DNA from: Eledone cirrhosa
Lineage: Eukaryota
Reading direction: 5' to 3'
DNA: 64,000 nucleotides
Assembly (NCBI GenBank): GCA_964016885.1
Contig: OZ024741.1
Span: 347,944,001-348,008,000 of the forward strand
Shown: positions 14,968 through 27,555 of the stretch, piece by piece
Numbering within the stretch: the first letter of the stretch is position 1
Layout: each line of letters begins with the position of its first letter
Notes under the pieces: generated by a model
Told to the model about the DNA's origin: nothing
The model's database searches: none
Seen by the model: only the letters and a program-made list of their open reading frames with translations
Position numbers and translations under genes: made by a program

Positions 14968-15037
14968 GATGTGTTGGTGTAATGGTAGCACAGTGGTCTG
15001 GATAACCAAAGATGTGGGTTCGACTCCCATGTACAAT
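14968..15037 (+). pseudogene. tRNA-like sequence (pseudogene or SINE head) inside a rearranged fold-back cassette
   Basis: D arm tggtgtaatggtagcac, anticodon arm tggt-ctggata-acca, T arm gtggg-ttcgact-cccat. The acceptor stem is weak. An inverted partial copy lies at ~14695-14720. Confidence 0.6.
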
Positions 15038-15171
15038 ACTCATATTTTTCCATTTCTATGAGGGTTCTAAACCCCACTATCAGGCTAAATATTACTTTAG
15101 TCAAAAATACGGTGATAGCTTATATTTCTAATTTCAAACACATACTTACATATATATATATATATATATAT

Positions 15172-15400
15172 ATATGAATGTATGTATAGTGTATTTTGCA
15201 ATGCACTGTATGCTTAATAAAAAGCATTTCGATAAGCACCAAAAAGTGCGAAACAGAGCTCTATCAGCTTTATCTCCCCTGTTTGCTGTTAGCGTAAGGT
15301 CTTCGAAATGGTTTTAATTAAGCATACAGTGTATTGCAAAATACACTATATATACATTCATATATATATCGCTATTTCAGAGCACCAATTCAAATTTTAT
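15172..15400 (+). mobile_element. Diverged, 5'-truncated/inverted relative of the 316-nt hammerhead repeat
   Basis: 15229-15400 aligns by eye to the 49.4-50.6 kb unit (gataagc..gcgaaaca..ttatctcccctgtttgctg..gtgtattgcaaaatac..gctatttcagagc). 15172-15228 is an inverted copy of ~15305-15362. Confidence 0.85.
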
Positions 15401-15604
15401 ATATATAAATATATAGTTATGTAATAAACAAACATAAGGCAATTATTCCATTTACCACCTGAGGATTGAAAGCAAAATCTGTTGCTTTTAAGAAACCACT
15501 GGCAAATGGAATCATTGCCTTATGTTGTTTATTACATAACTATTAAGCTCTGTTACCTACATAGAGCACTCTTTTTTCCTGGACTTTTCCGACGGAATTA
15601 CTTC

Positions 15605-15675
<71 letters not shown>

Positions 15676-15678
<3 letters not shown>

Positions 15679-16536
15679 GAGGTGTGTCAGAAAAGTTCCA
15701 GGACTGATGTCACAAAAGATTTATTTCAAACCCAAACTTCACACTAAGTAACCCCACTGGAGTTGTAACTGTAATCTTAGCTCTCTGCAGCGATCACGCT
15801 TTTTCTTCATAATTTTATATACATGTCCTCTGTTTCAGGTCGTCAAGCAATGAGCACAGAGCAACGAACAAACTTGAAGTTTCTAGTACGGTTGGGGAAA
15901 ACTCTGTTAGAATCGCTGCGATTGCTGCAGCAAGTGTATAGAGATCAGACGATGGGACACTCACGTGTGTTTGAGTGGTGCAAGATGACCCTAGGAACGG
16001 AAGGCCCTCAACAACCAGGACTGAGGTCAACGTTGAGCGCGTCAGGCAGATGGCGCGTAGCGATCGGCGGCTGACTGTTCGACTGATGGCAAAAGAGCTG
16101 GTCATCAATCGGGTCTGGTAGATTCTCACTGAAGATTCGGACATGCGGTAAGTCTGCACGAAGATTGTGCCAAAACTTCTAAACGATGACCATAAGTGTC
16201 GTGACATGCATCTGTGCCAGGACATCCTGGAGCGTCTTGAAACCGAACCAGACTTGCTAGCGACAGTCAGCACCGGTAATGCGTCATGGATCTTTGAGTA
16301 CGTCCCGGAGGGGACCCGTTTTCAAGACGTGTAAGACATCAACAAGGCCGTGACGACAGAACTGCGGAGGATCCCGGAAGAATCCTTCCAGGAGTGCATG
16401 CAAGCGTGGCAGAAAAGGATGGAAAGTGCATTAGACTAAAGGTAGATTACTTTGAAGGAGATAACTCTTCGTGTGAAGTTTGGGTTTGAAATAAATCTTT
16501 TGTGACATCAGTCCTGGAACTTTTCTGGCACACCTC

Positions 16537-16537
<1 letters not shown>
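15676..16537 (+). mobile_element. Tc1/mariner DNA transposon, internally deleted
   Basis: ~65-bp terminal inverted repeats (gaggtgtgtcagaaaagttccaggactgatgtcacaaaagatttatttcaaacccaaacttcacac) flanked by TA. Transposase remnant MSTEQRTNLKFLVRLGKT..LQQVY..SRVFEW. Confidence 0.92.
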
Positions 16538-16592
<55 letters not shown>

Positions 16593-16606
16593 ATATATAT
16601 ATATAT

Positions 16607-16725
16607 ATAGGAACAAGTAAGACCCCGACGGCTGAGCTCAAGCTGTTTCGACGGCTGATTCTGGAGTCCAGAATTAGCCGTCGAAACGGGTTGAGCTCAG
16701 CCGTCGGGGTCTTACTTGTTCCTAT
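16607..16725. repeat. ~119-bp near-perfect palindrome (fold-back cassette) beside a (TA)n tract
   Basis: ataggaacaagtaagaccccgacggctgagctcaa...ttgagctcagccgtcggggtcttacttgttcctat. Related pieces at ~14528-14640 and ~45510-45625. Confidence 0.9.
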
Positions 16726-16806
16726 TACCCACTCTACTACCCTAAGTATTGAGTACTTTGGCGCGTTATGGTCCACCTGGTTCCTTACCACATTTCCTTC
16801 GTTAGT

Positions 16807-16849
<43 letters not shown>

Positions 16850-17641
16850 AGTGTGTGTACGTACTTTTGTGTGTTTATGCATGTGTGTGTGTGTGTATTG
16901 TGTATATTTTCACACAAATATCTAAAGCACATTTTATATATGTGCATGTGTATTAGGGCAATGAGAGTGTGAGCAAATATGTGATTGTAATATCATTGCT
17001 GTATCATGTATTTCAATTATTCCTGTATACTCTGTTTATTTTCCTATATTAAATATACCTACATCATTTACATACTTTCCTTACGACTGTGTTTAAAGAA
17101 TATCTCATATTTTATAACAACGTTATTTCAATAATATCTGAAAAAGTTCCACGGTTATAAATTACATAATATAATTCCGTATATATAGTTTCGCTTGCAT
17201 GCACTTTGACGTACAAAGACAATCACAAAAAAGTACTACCTTCTCACCTTCTCTTTCGATATCTATACAGTTTCCCTCATCCTCGCTAACCTCAAATAGA
17301 AACGCGCGCAAACTGAATGATAACCACACACTCACCCACACACAACAACAACAACCAACTATCACACCGAACATCAATACACTGAACGCAATATATATAC
17401 TCACAAACAATGATTCTCATTTATATATGTATATAAAGATTTACTGCTGAAACATCCAGTTGCAATAATAAAATTATTATGTATATTATTATTATTACTA
17501 CTATTATTATTATTGAAATACCAAGCAATGATAAATATTTGTGCATAGATTTGAAAAATTCTCTTTTAAATTTTATCATAGAAGTATTAATATATAGTGA
17601 TTCCAATTCAGTTAGAAGATGTTATGGATACGTATATGTAC

Positions 17642-17754
<113 letters not shown>

Positions 17755-17828
17755 TATATCATTCCAGATTAATACATACGAAATGTAACATTATTCCTTC
17801 TGTAGAACCCATTTCTACAATAAATAAG

Positions 17829-18242
<414 letters not shown>

Positions 18243-18245
18243 TAG

Positions 18246-18622
18246 AAAGTGAGGTTTTTTTTATAAAATGAAAAATAACCGAGGTGTCCTACACGAGTGA
18301 AAGTGTAAAGAAGAAAAGATAAAATCGAAAATGCAACTCGAGTCTTATTTTTTTTTAAATATATATATTTATTTGGTTCCTTTACCGGTTTCGCAATTCT
18401 TCTGCTTTTCAAAAGTAGAGTTAAAATGGAGGGTCAGTGGTTTTTCTCGCATCCAGATTTGAAAAGCAGAAGAACTGCGAAACCGGTAAAGGAACCAAAT
18501 AAATGTATATATTTTTTTTAAAATAAGACTCCAGTTGCATTTTCGATTTTATCTTTTTTTTCTTTACACTTTCACTCGTGTAGGACACCTCGGTTATTTT
18601 TCATTTCGTAAAAAAACCCTCA

Positions 18623-18625
<3 letters not shown>
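18246..18625. mobile_element. Fold-back cassette between (TA)n tracts, with a minimal U3-A8 hammerhead in each arm
   Basis: Arms ~18246-18413 and ~18458-18625 are reverse complements. Each contains ttgaaaa-gcag-aagaa-ctgc-gaaa-ccgg-ta-aagg (one stem II mismatch/wobble in the left arm). Confidence 0.8.
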
Positions 18626-18699
<74 letters not shown>

Positions 18700-19499
18700 G
18701 TATATAAGCAAGATGTATGGTAGGTCGTACGTAAATCGCGATGATCACGCCTGACCTACAAAATATGCGACGGTAGCTAGTTAAGCTCTATGCGTATAAG
18801 CAGAGCAGAACTACCAATGATGGTTGGCAACATCACTGATGAGGGACTAATTTTATAATATGTAATCCATGTGCAACCATGCAGTATTCTTCTTCCCCTT
18901 GTTTTTCATATATATTTACCTAAACTGCGATTATCTATTTCTCTCTTTCTCTCTTTCTTTCTTACTGCTCCCCCGTTCTCTCTGTTTCTCTTACCTTCTT
19001 ACACCCTCGCTGTCAGTTTCACTTTTTCTCTCGACTGACCTCTTCCTTGCACTTCCACTCACTCACTCTCTGTTTCTGCCCTTCTCACTTCCTCCCGTTC
19101 GCTACTAGTGGAGATCCTTCTTTCTCACACTGCACTCACGGCGTACAGTCTGCTTATCTGACCGCTCATGAAATTCACCCAGCTTATGCTGATCAGATAG
19201 TATGTATGTATACGTACATACATATATGTATACAGACGTACAGTAGCATGTATATATATATATACGTATATGTACATATATATACGTATATGTACGTATA
19301 CATACATACTTACATTTAAGTAAGTGCCGTACTAAGAGTGAGAAATGAAATTTCATTTCATTCTATTCTATCTATTTATCGTTTTCGGTGCGCCTTGCCG
19401 ACTGAACTCACTTGATATGCAAATTAGACTGCTCAGCCATTAATTTTCATAAGGAAAGTATATACTTTCGAACGTTCAACTATCTGGCAGAAGCGTATA

Positions 19500-19540
19500 C
19501 GGTGCTGACGAAAGCTAACAAGCTTGAAACTAGTACATCG
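19500..19540 (+). ncRNA. Minimal type I hammerhead ribozyme
   Basis: cggtg-CTGACGA-aagct(aaca)agctt-GAAA-ctag-TA/catcg. Stem I is 5 bp, stem II is 5 bp, and stem III is the palindrome ACTAGT. Confidence 0.85.
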
Positions 19541-19696
19541 TTCCTGTGTCAGTGTTGAACAAAGATGTGACGTGGTTGCCTTAACACCGTACGGCATAAA
19601 ATCAGGCTGTCCGTTTGTTTACAAACGAACAAAGCGAACATTATAATAAATGTTCGCTAAACCGGTACGTACATATATATATATATGTGTGCCTGC

Positions 19697-19740
<44 letters not shown>

Positions 19741-19790
19741 GCTACTCTACGTCTGTATACATATATGTCTGTACGTATACATACGTACTT

Positions 19791-19861
<71 letters not shown>

Positions 19862-19893
19862 TACTGCAGTTTTAGCATAATTATATAATGTAT

Positions 19894-20024
19894 GGCGGTG
19901 GATTGGCAGTATCGGTAAGGGTCGGACGCCATGCTTTGAAGCATAGAGTTACCTCCCTTTATGATCTGAGTTCAAATCCCGCCGAGGTTAACTTTGCCTT
20001 TCATCCTTACGGGGTCGATAAAAT
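19894..20024 (+). mobile_element. tRNA-derived SINE, family A (3'-truncated)
   Basis: ggcggtggattggcagtatcgg..gagttcaaatccc..gcctttcatccttacggggtcgataaaa. Confidence 0.88.
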
Positions 20025-20081
20025 ATATTTATACATATATGTATATATGTATATATGTATATGTGTATATATATATATATT

Positions 20082-20116
<35 letters not shown>

Positions 20117-20554
20117 CCGAAATACGATATACACAGTTCAAGAGTAAACCAATCTTAAAGAGAGAGATGGAAATAGGAGAGGAGATGAGAGATTGGTGAA
20201 GGCCTTAGAGGCCAAAAGCGTAAAGGTGCTCGATTTGCAATAAGCAGTAGTAGGCAGCTAGAGGTTTGGGTTCATGCAGAGATTATGTGCACAGAGCTGG
20301 AAATATTCATTAGTTATGTAAAAGAAGACGACACAATTCACAAGGGAAATGTTATTACGCATCGCAAGGCTTGCTCAATACAGCCTCGACAGAAGCATAA
20401 TGCTTGCTTATAGCAGATATTTGACACATCCAGGACCCCTTTCGTGAAATACTAATATAACTAACATCAAACTCACGTAAACACCTTACTTTACTTTATT
20501 TTTTATTCCTTATTACATCTTATCTTTATCAATATTTTCATTATCTCATTGAAG

Positions 20555-20675
20555 TTCTGAAGAGCTGCTCCATTATATTACCTAAGTTACTTATCTTCAT
20601 CTGAACCTGATCAATAACGATCTGTAATCAATTGATCCAGAGACATTATATGGAGTAGTGAAACAGTTGTAAAGA
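20555..20675 (+). ncRNA. Hammerhead-like motif with a long stem II insertion
   Basis: CTGAAGA-gctgctccat...(~75 nt)...atggagtagt-GAAA-cagttg-TA. Stem II pairs over 10 bp, but stem I is only 2 bp. Confidence 0.55.
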
Positions 20676-20798
20676 GACCTTATACCTTACATTAAACTAT
20701 AATTACACTCCTTATTCCTTACATTAAACTGCAAATATGTTGACACTCTTTAACTAACGTCTCCCTTGTTAATTGTGTGGTCTTGTTTTGCTTAACTA

Positions 20799-20860
<62 letters not shown>

Positions 20861-21107
20861 GAAGCTTAGGCAGGAACAAAAACAGGCAGTACAAATAAGA
20901 GTTTATTAGGTTCACTAACCGTGAGAGGGGGGGGCGTTTCGCGCATAAGCCCTCCATCAGGAGAAAGGTGGGTAGGAAGAGAGTTCCGAGGGTGTGTGGG
21001 GGAGTGGTGGGAAGACATTTAGAAAAAAGGTGGGGGAGAGAAAAGGGAGGAAGAACGATTTTAGAGAATAAATGAAAATAAAAATAAACATAAATTTATA
21101 TATATAC

Positions 21108-21140
<33 letters not shown>

Positions 21141-21151
21141 CACACACACAC

Positions 21152-21184
<33 letters not shown>

Positions 21185-21272
21185 ATGAACAATTTGAACA
21201 GGGACAGAACAGAGAGGCAGTACAATAAATGTTTATTAAATTCACGCTCAGGAGAGTGGGGGTAGGTGGGGG

Positions 21273-21305
21273 ACGACGTTTCGGGCATTAGCCCTTCCTC
21301 AGGTG
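21273..21305 (-). ncRNA. Minimal hammerhead ribozyme motif (degenerate sister copy at ~20935-20962)
   Basis: Minus strand ac-CTGAGGA-a-gggc(taat)gccc-GAAA-cg-TC/gt with palindromic ACGT stem III. Stem I is short. Confidence 0.65.
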
Positions 21306-21640
21306 AGAAGTGTGTGGGAACAGAGTTCAAAAGGTGTGTAGGAGAGTGGTGGAGAGACATATAGCGAAAGGAAACGGTGCGAATGAAAAATTAACAAATA
21401 AAGTCAAAAAAATATAAAGACAAAAATATAAAAAATAAAAATAAAGCATGATCAAAATACAAGGAATGAGAAAATTTAAAAATAAAGGCATGATCAAAAT
21501 AAACTGAAATTAAAAGGGTAAACAGGTGGTGGAAGGGTGTGGGGTGAGTAGGGGTGGTGACGGGTGGAGTGGGGAAAGGGAGACGGGGTGTCCGAGCGGG
21601 GAGGGCTGAATGTGGTGTGTGTGTGTAGGTGTGCGTGTGT

Positions 21641-23101
21641 GTGTGTATGTGAAAGTGAGGGATGGGGGAAGAACGGGGTTGCATGTTCAGGAAGAGGTGT
21701 GTGTGGGGGGTGTTTTTATGGGTCGGAGTGTCTGTACGTGTGTGGATAGGGGGTGGGGGGAGAGGAATCAGGAGGCTGAGGGTGTAAATATGTGGTGGGA
21801 AGCACGTGTGTGTGGGGTTTAAGCGTGTTGTGGGTGTGGGTGGCGTGTGGAGAAAAACATTTTGTTGGGGTGTGTGTGTGGGTGAGTTATATAGGTGATG
21901 ACGTAAGAGGATGGTTGAAAAGTTGGTATATATATATATTTCGTTTCTGAATTTGTTTAGCAAGATTCTTTATCTGAAAACGTGTGTTGAAACCGATATT
22001 GTTATGCTTTGGGAGGCTCATATTGCCAATAAGAAACACACGCACCAATTGCTTTCACTTCAATTTATTATAAATTAAATATATAAATTTAAGAATTTAT
22101 AAATTTCCGATTGGTTGGTTGGTTCCACAACCAGACGATTGTTCATATATTGTCAAAGTTCTTTCGTCACACATTCTGTGACCTCTTCAGTGACTGGTGA
22201 TTCTTTTCTTTGTTTTTGTGCCTCTCCCTTGTTCTGTCCTACGCCATCTTGTATATATAAATATTTATTTATTTATATACACATACATATAAACATATAT
22301 ACATATTTATACATATGTATACATATATACATATATATATATATGTGGGTGGTGTGTGTGTGCGTGTGTGTATGTGTGTGTGTGTGTGTGCGTGGTGTGT
22401 GTATGTGTATCTATATAGTAGGTTCTTACGCAAGGATACAATATTATGATGCATAGTGGCATCAAATATATTGATGAAGCTCTGCCTGAAGACTTATTCA
22501 ATAATGCCACTTCTTGTAGCTCAATTCTGAGAGCATTCACTCGGTATGCACTCAGCCGATATGCAAATTTCAATTTCTTGGAGCGGCTGTTGTCAAACAT
22601 ATGTTTCCGTATCTAAATGTCTTTACCGGAACTTTATAAGCTATTCCATAGCAACTGATTGTAATCACAGTTATGTGCCAGTTATTACGTCTTCTATAAA
22701 TATATTTCATCTTTTGTAAGTTCAAACGTTCGAAAATCACTCACAATGGATTTTTAAGCATTAAACCGCTGTTTGATTAAATTCATCAACTCTGACGCTA
22801 CGATGTTGGCTGAGACCCCTTACTTCAATGGTAAAAGCAATTATCCGGTATCTGAGAGATGCGAAATTCAATTCCATGTAACGCCTACTGACAACATGCT
22901 CTGTGTCTAAGATTCTTACCCTTATATCTGTAAGTCATTCTATAGTAGCTGACATCATTTGCACTTGTGCATCTTACAGCGTCTAAAAACTATTTCCTCC
23001 GTGCTTCCAATTTTCGAGCATTTCAACCGATCTTTCTTTATACATAGTTAACATATGAAACAAACAAAATACTGAAAGCAATTTTACACAGAAATATTAA
23101 G

Positions 23102-23197
<96 letters not shown>

Positions 23198-24651
23198 AAA
23201 GTGAGGGTTGGGGGAAGAACGGGGTTGCATGTTCAGGAAGAGGTGTGTATGGGGGGTGTTTTTGTGGGTCGGAGTGTCTGTGCGTGTGTGAATAGGGGGT
23301 GGGGGGAGAGGAATCAGGAGGCTGAGGGTGTAAATATGTGGTGGGAAGCACGTGTGTGTGGGGTTTAAGCGTGTTGTGGGTGTGGGTGGCGTGTGGAGAA
23401 AAACATTTTGTTGGGGTGTGTGTGTGGGTGAGTCATATAGGTGATGACGTAAGAGGATGGTTGAAAAGTTGGTATATATATATATTTCGTTTCTGAATTT
23501 GTTTAGCAAGATTCTTTATCTGAAAACGTGTGTTGAAACCGATATTGTTATGCTTTGGGAGGCTCATATTGCCAATAAGAAACACACGCACCAATTGCTT
23601 TCACTTCAATTTATTATAAATTAAATATATAAATTTAAGAATTTATAAATTTCCGATTGGTTGGTTGGTTCCACAACCAGACGATTGTTCATATATTGTC
23701 AAAGTTCTTTCGTCACACATTCTGTGACCTCTTCGGTGACTGGTGATTCTTTTCTTTGTTTTTGTGCCTCTCCTTTGTTCTGTCCTACGCCATCTTGTAT
23801 ATATATATATTTATTTATTTATATACACATACATATAAACATATATACATAGTTATACATATGTATACATATATACATATATATATATATGTGGGTGGCG
23901 TGTGTGTGTGTGTGTGTGTGTATGTGTGTGTGTGTGTGTGCGTGGTGTGTGTATGTGTATCTATATAGTAGGTTCTTACGCAAGGATACAATATTATGAT
24001 GCATAGTTGCATCAAATATATTGATGAAGCTCTGCCTGAAGACTTATTCAATAATGCCACTTCTTGTAGCTCAATTCTGAGAGCACTCACTCGGTATGCA
24101 CTCAGCCGATATGCAAATTTCAATTTTTTGGAGCGGCTGTTGTCAAACATATGTTTCCGTATCTAAATGTCTTTACCGGAACTTTATAAGCTATTCCATA
24201 ACAACTGATTGTAATCACAGTTATGTGCCAGTTATTACGTCTTCTATAAATATATTTCATCTTTTGTAAGTTCAAACGTTCGAAAATCACTCACGATGGA
24301 TTTTTAAGCATTAAACCGCTGTTTGATTAAATTCATCAACTCTGACGCTACGATGTTGGCTGAGACCCCTTACTTCAATGGTAAAAGCAATTATCCGGTA
24401 TCTGAGAGATGCGAAATTCAATTCCATGTAACGCCTACTGACAACATGCTCTGTGTCTAAGATTCTTACCCTTATATCTGTAAGTCATTCTATAGTAGCT
24501 GACATCATTTGCACTTGTGCATCTTACAGCGTCTAAAAACTATTTCCTCCGTGCTTCCAATTTTCGAGCATTTCAACCGATCTTTCTTTATACATAGTTA
24601 ACATATGAAACAAACAAAATACTGAAAGCAATTTTACACAGAATTATTAAG

Positions 24652-24730
<79 letters not shown>
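21641..24730. repeat. Tandem duplication with a 1546-bp period, bounded by (GT)n tracts
   Basis: Homologous ORFs start at 22115 and 23661. The two units are near-identical and every junction falls in a (GT)n run. Confidence 0.95.
22151..22194 (-). ncRNA. Minimal hammerhead ribozyme motif (duplicate at 23697-23740 has a core substitution)
   Basis: Minus strand gtca-CTGAAGA-g-gtcaca(gaatg)tgtgac-GAAA-gaac-TT/tgac. The duplicate reads CCGAAGA. Confidence 0.7.
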
Positions 24731-24732
<2 letters not shown>

Positions 24733-25960
24733 ATGTGCGTGTGTGTGGGTGCATGTGTGTGCTTGTGTGTGTGAGAGAGGGGGGAGAAAGTTCGTGTGTG
24801 TGTGTGTGTGTGTATGTGGGTGTGTATTTGTGTGTGTATGTGAGAGAAAGAGAGTGTTCGTGTCATTAAAAACATGTGGCAGAAATATAGGAAAGAGAAA
24901 AGGTGGAATAGACGACCACAGGGATAATACACACTCATCGGCTGTCCTTCAGGGGATCACCACGAGTGCCTCAATAGAAGTCATGGCGTTATACATTGAT
25001 ATATGTTCGGGTTGAGATCACAGCGAACGTTGGACTAAAATTGAAGTACAGGTGTACAAATATATATTTAGACCCGATCTTACACAAACAACCGTGATTG
25101 AAAACAATTCATAGCAGAACCGGAGAACTTCAAGGTCGTTTATATAGTAGCTGGCGTAAATTCCCTGTATCCGTTCAGCGGACAGGGAGTAAACATCTCA
25201 GCAATATTTACTTTATGATTTCATAAAAACTATTTTATTGGATCAGGATCGGATTTGTATGAAATATAACAGTCTTTTCAAATTTGACGGAAAGTCAAAC
25301 GAGCATTTCTACAAGTTAGGGAGTGCCACACAAACGAATACATTTTATTGAAGTGCATGCTTGTTTATTAGATTTAAGTAGAGTGTGATTTCGTGTACGT
25401 CGTTTTATTCTTGAGAAGGAGAAACTTTGCTTCTTTTTCAGAAATATGTTTTCTACACTTAAGTTTTGTTTAAAGTAAAAAAAAAAAATATTTGTGATGT
25501 CTACTTCACATTCCTTACATAAATATGGCAATATTGATAGACTTAATTCATATTTTACGTATAAGATATTTTGACTACAGAATTCAAAATATAAGGGAAC
25601 ACTTATTTGGCACTCGTGAGACATTAGGTGATTGAAAATAAATAATCCCCAGAAAGACAACCGATGAGCGGGTGTTGTTCATGTCCTTGATTCTTCTGCG
25701 ATTCCTGTTTACAATATTTCTCCTACTGTTTTTAATATTATCCTTGTCACCACATCCTAATTTTTACAGCAAATTGTTGTTTGCTGCAGCTGTGTCACAG
25801 AGAGAGAGAGAGAAAGAGACATACACTTACTCACATACACACACACACGCACTTACATATATATATATATATATACATATATTTTCTTTTTAATGCGTTA
25901 ATGCACACGTCTCTCTTTCTCAATTTCTTTCTCTCTCTTTTCTCTCTCTCTCTCTATATA

Positions 25961-26034
<74 letters not shown>

Positions 26035-26370
26035 TGCGTGTGTGTGTGTAAATGTGTCTTGACATTCATTATTATTACTATATATATATATATATAGGGA
26101 GAGAGAGGGAGAGAGATAGAGAGAAAGAGAGAAAGAGAGAGAGGGAGAGGAAGAAATATAGATGGATATTAAAAGCTGAACTCCATACACTATTAATATT
26201 TGTTGGTATCAACTTTCGATATACTCAATCCTTGGGAACATGTGTATAGATAACACAGGATGTTTCTCCCCCATTTATATTACCTATGATTAATGTTCAT
26301 TCAATTTCATCATATAATAGCTACATTTTTGTTTCAGTTTTATATAACGCAGCATTATTGAAACAAGCAT

Positions 26371-26558
26371 GTGGATTGGCAGTATCGGTAGAGGGTCGGA
26401 CGCCATGCTTTGACGCATAGAGTTACGGCCCTTGCCATTCTGAGTTCAAATCCCCCCGAGGTTAACTTTGCCTTTCATCCTTACGGGGTCGATAAAATAA
26501 AGTACCAGTAATACACTGGATAATTGCTGGCCTTGTGCCAAAAGTAGAAACAATTATT
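26371..26558 (+). mobile_element. tRNA-derived SINE, family A, with target-site duplication
   Basis: Full family body. attattgaaacaagcatgt occurs on both sides. Confidence 0.92.
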
Positions 26559-27058
26559 GAAACAAGCATGTTTCATTATTTTAATGAGTTCACTTACATC
26601 TATGTCCAGCAGATTCAAATTTATATTTCGGATTTTATTCATCTAACATTGAAGTAAATATATACATTACTAAGATATGAATAACATACACTTCATATAC
26701 GTTGTGGGCAGAAACCATTTCTGGAGAAGTACTATTGTATATATAGTGAATGCTTGAGTAGCGGATATTAATTGCCTGTAGTACTAACATAGCCTGATGT
26801 AGAATAGAAGTCAATATTAAGGCAGATATGATATGTTTATGTACCGTAAAGAATCGTACGCCTCACTGTCGGTGTACCATCTTATATAAGCTGTGTATAA
26901 GCTATATTCAAACTCATCTATATACGATTAAATATACATAAAACTAATGAAAGATCTTTTTGAAGGGCTATAAAGTTAGTTGTGAGTATAATACACTTAT
27001 AAGGAAATTATATGAATTTATTATATATAAACATAATGTATAACTTTACATACAGCTC

Positions 27059-27152
<94 letters not shown>

Positions 27153-27513
27153 GGAAATTTAGTAAAATCGAATCTCTGGCGGTTTGCAAGCAAATCCAGC
27201 CTACTTATGTGAAGTGATAAGTTAGCAAAGCACTCGATAAGTTAGGTCCTTAGAATAATAACATACATTTAAATAGCTTAACAAATCGAACATTGTGGTA
27301 GGCAGAATCTAACACACAATAGTATACCAAAGTAAACATAGAACTAACAGAAAAGTACACCTGGACAAATCAAACGATTATACGTATAAATTGTTTCTTT
27401 GAATCCGAAATCAAATATCAGACTTACGTGACTGGCAAGCTCGTGGTATTCAGTTTTTCAACAGGCTTTTCGTTCTACACAGAACAGCTTTGTTTGGCTT
27501 TACAAATTCAAAC

Positions 27514-27549
<36 letters not shown>

Positions 27550-27555
<6 letters not shown>

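Noticed and set aside
22440-22620. Short minus-strand ORF MFDNSRSKKLKFAYRLSAY.. (duplicated at ~23990-24150)
   Set aside because: No recognisable domain. Its two copies are explained by the tandem duplication.
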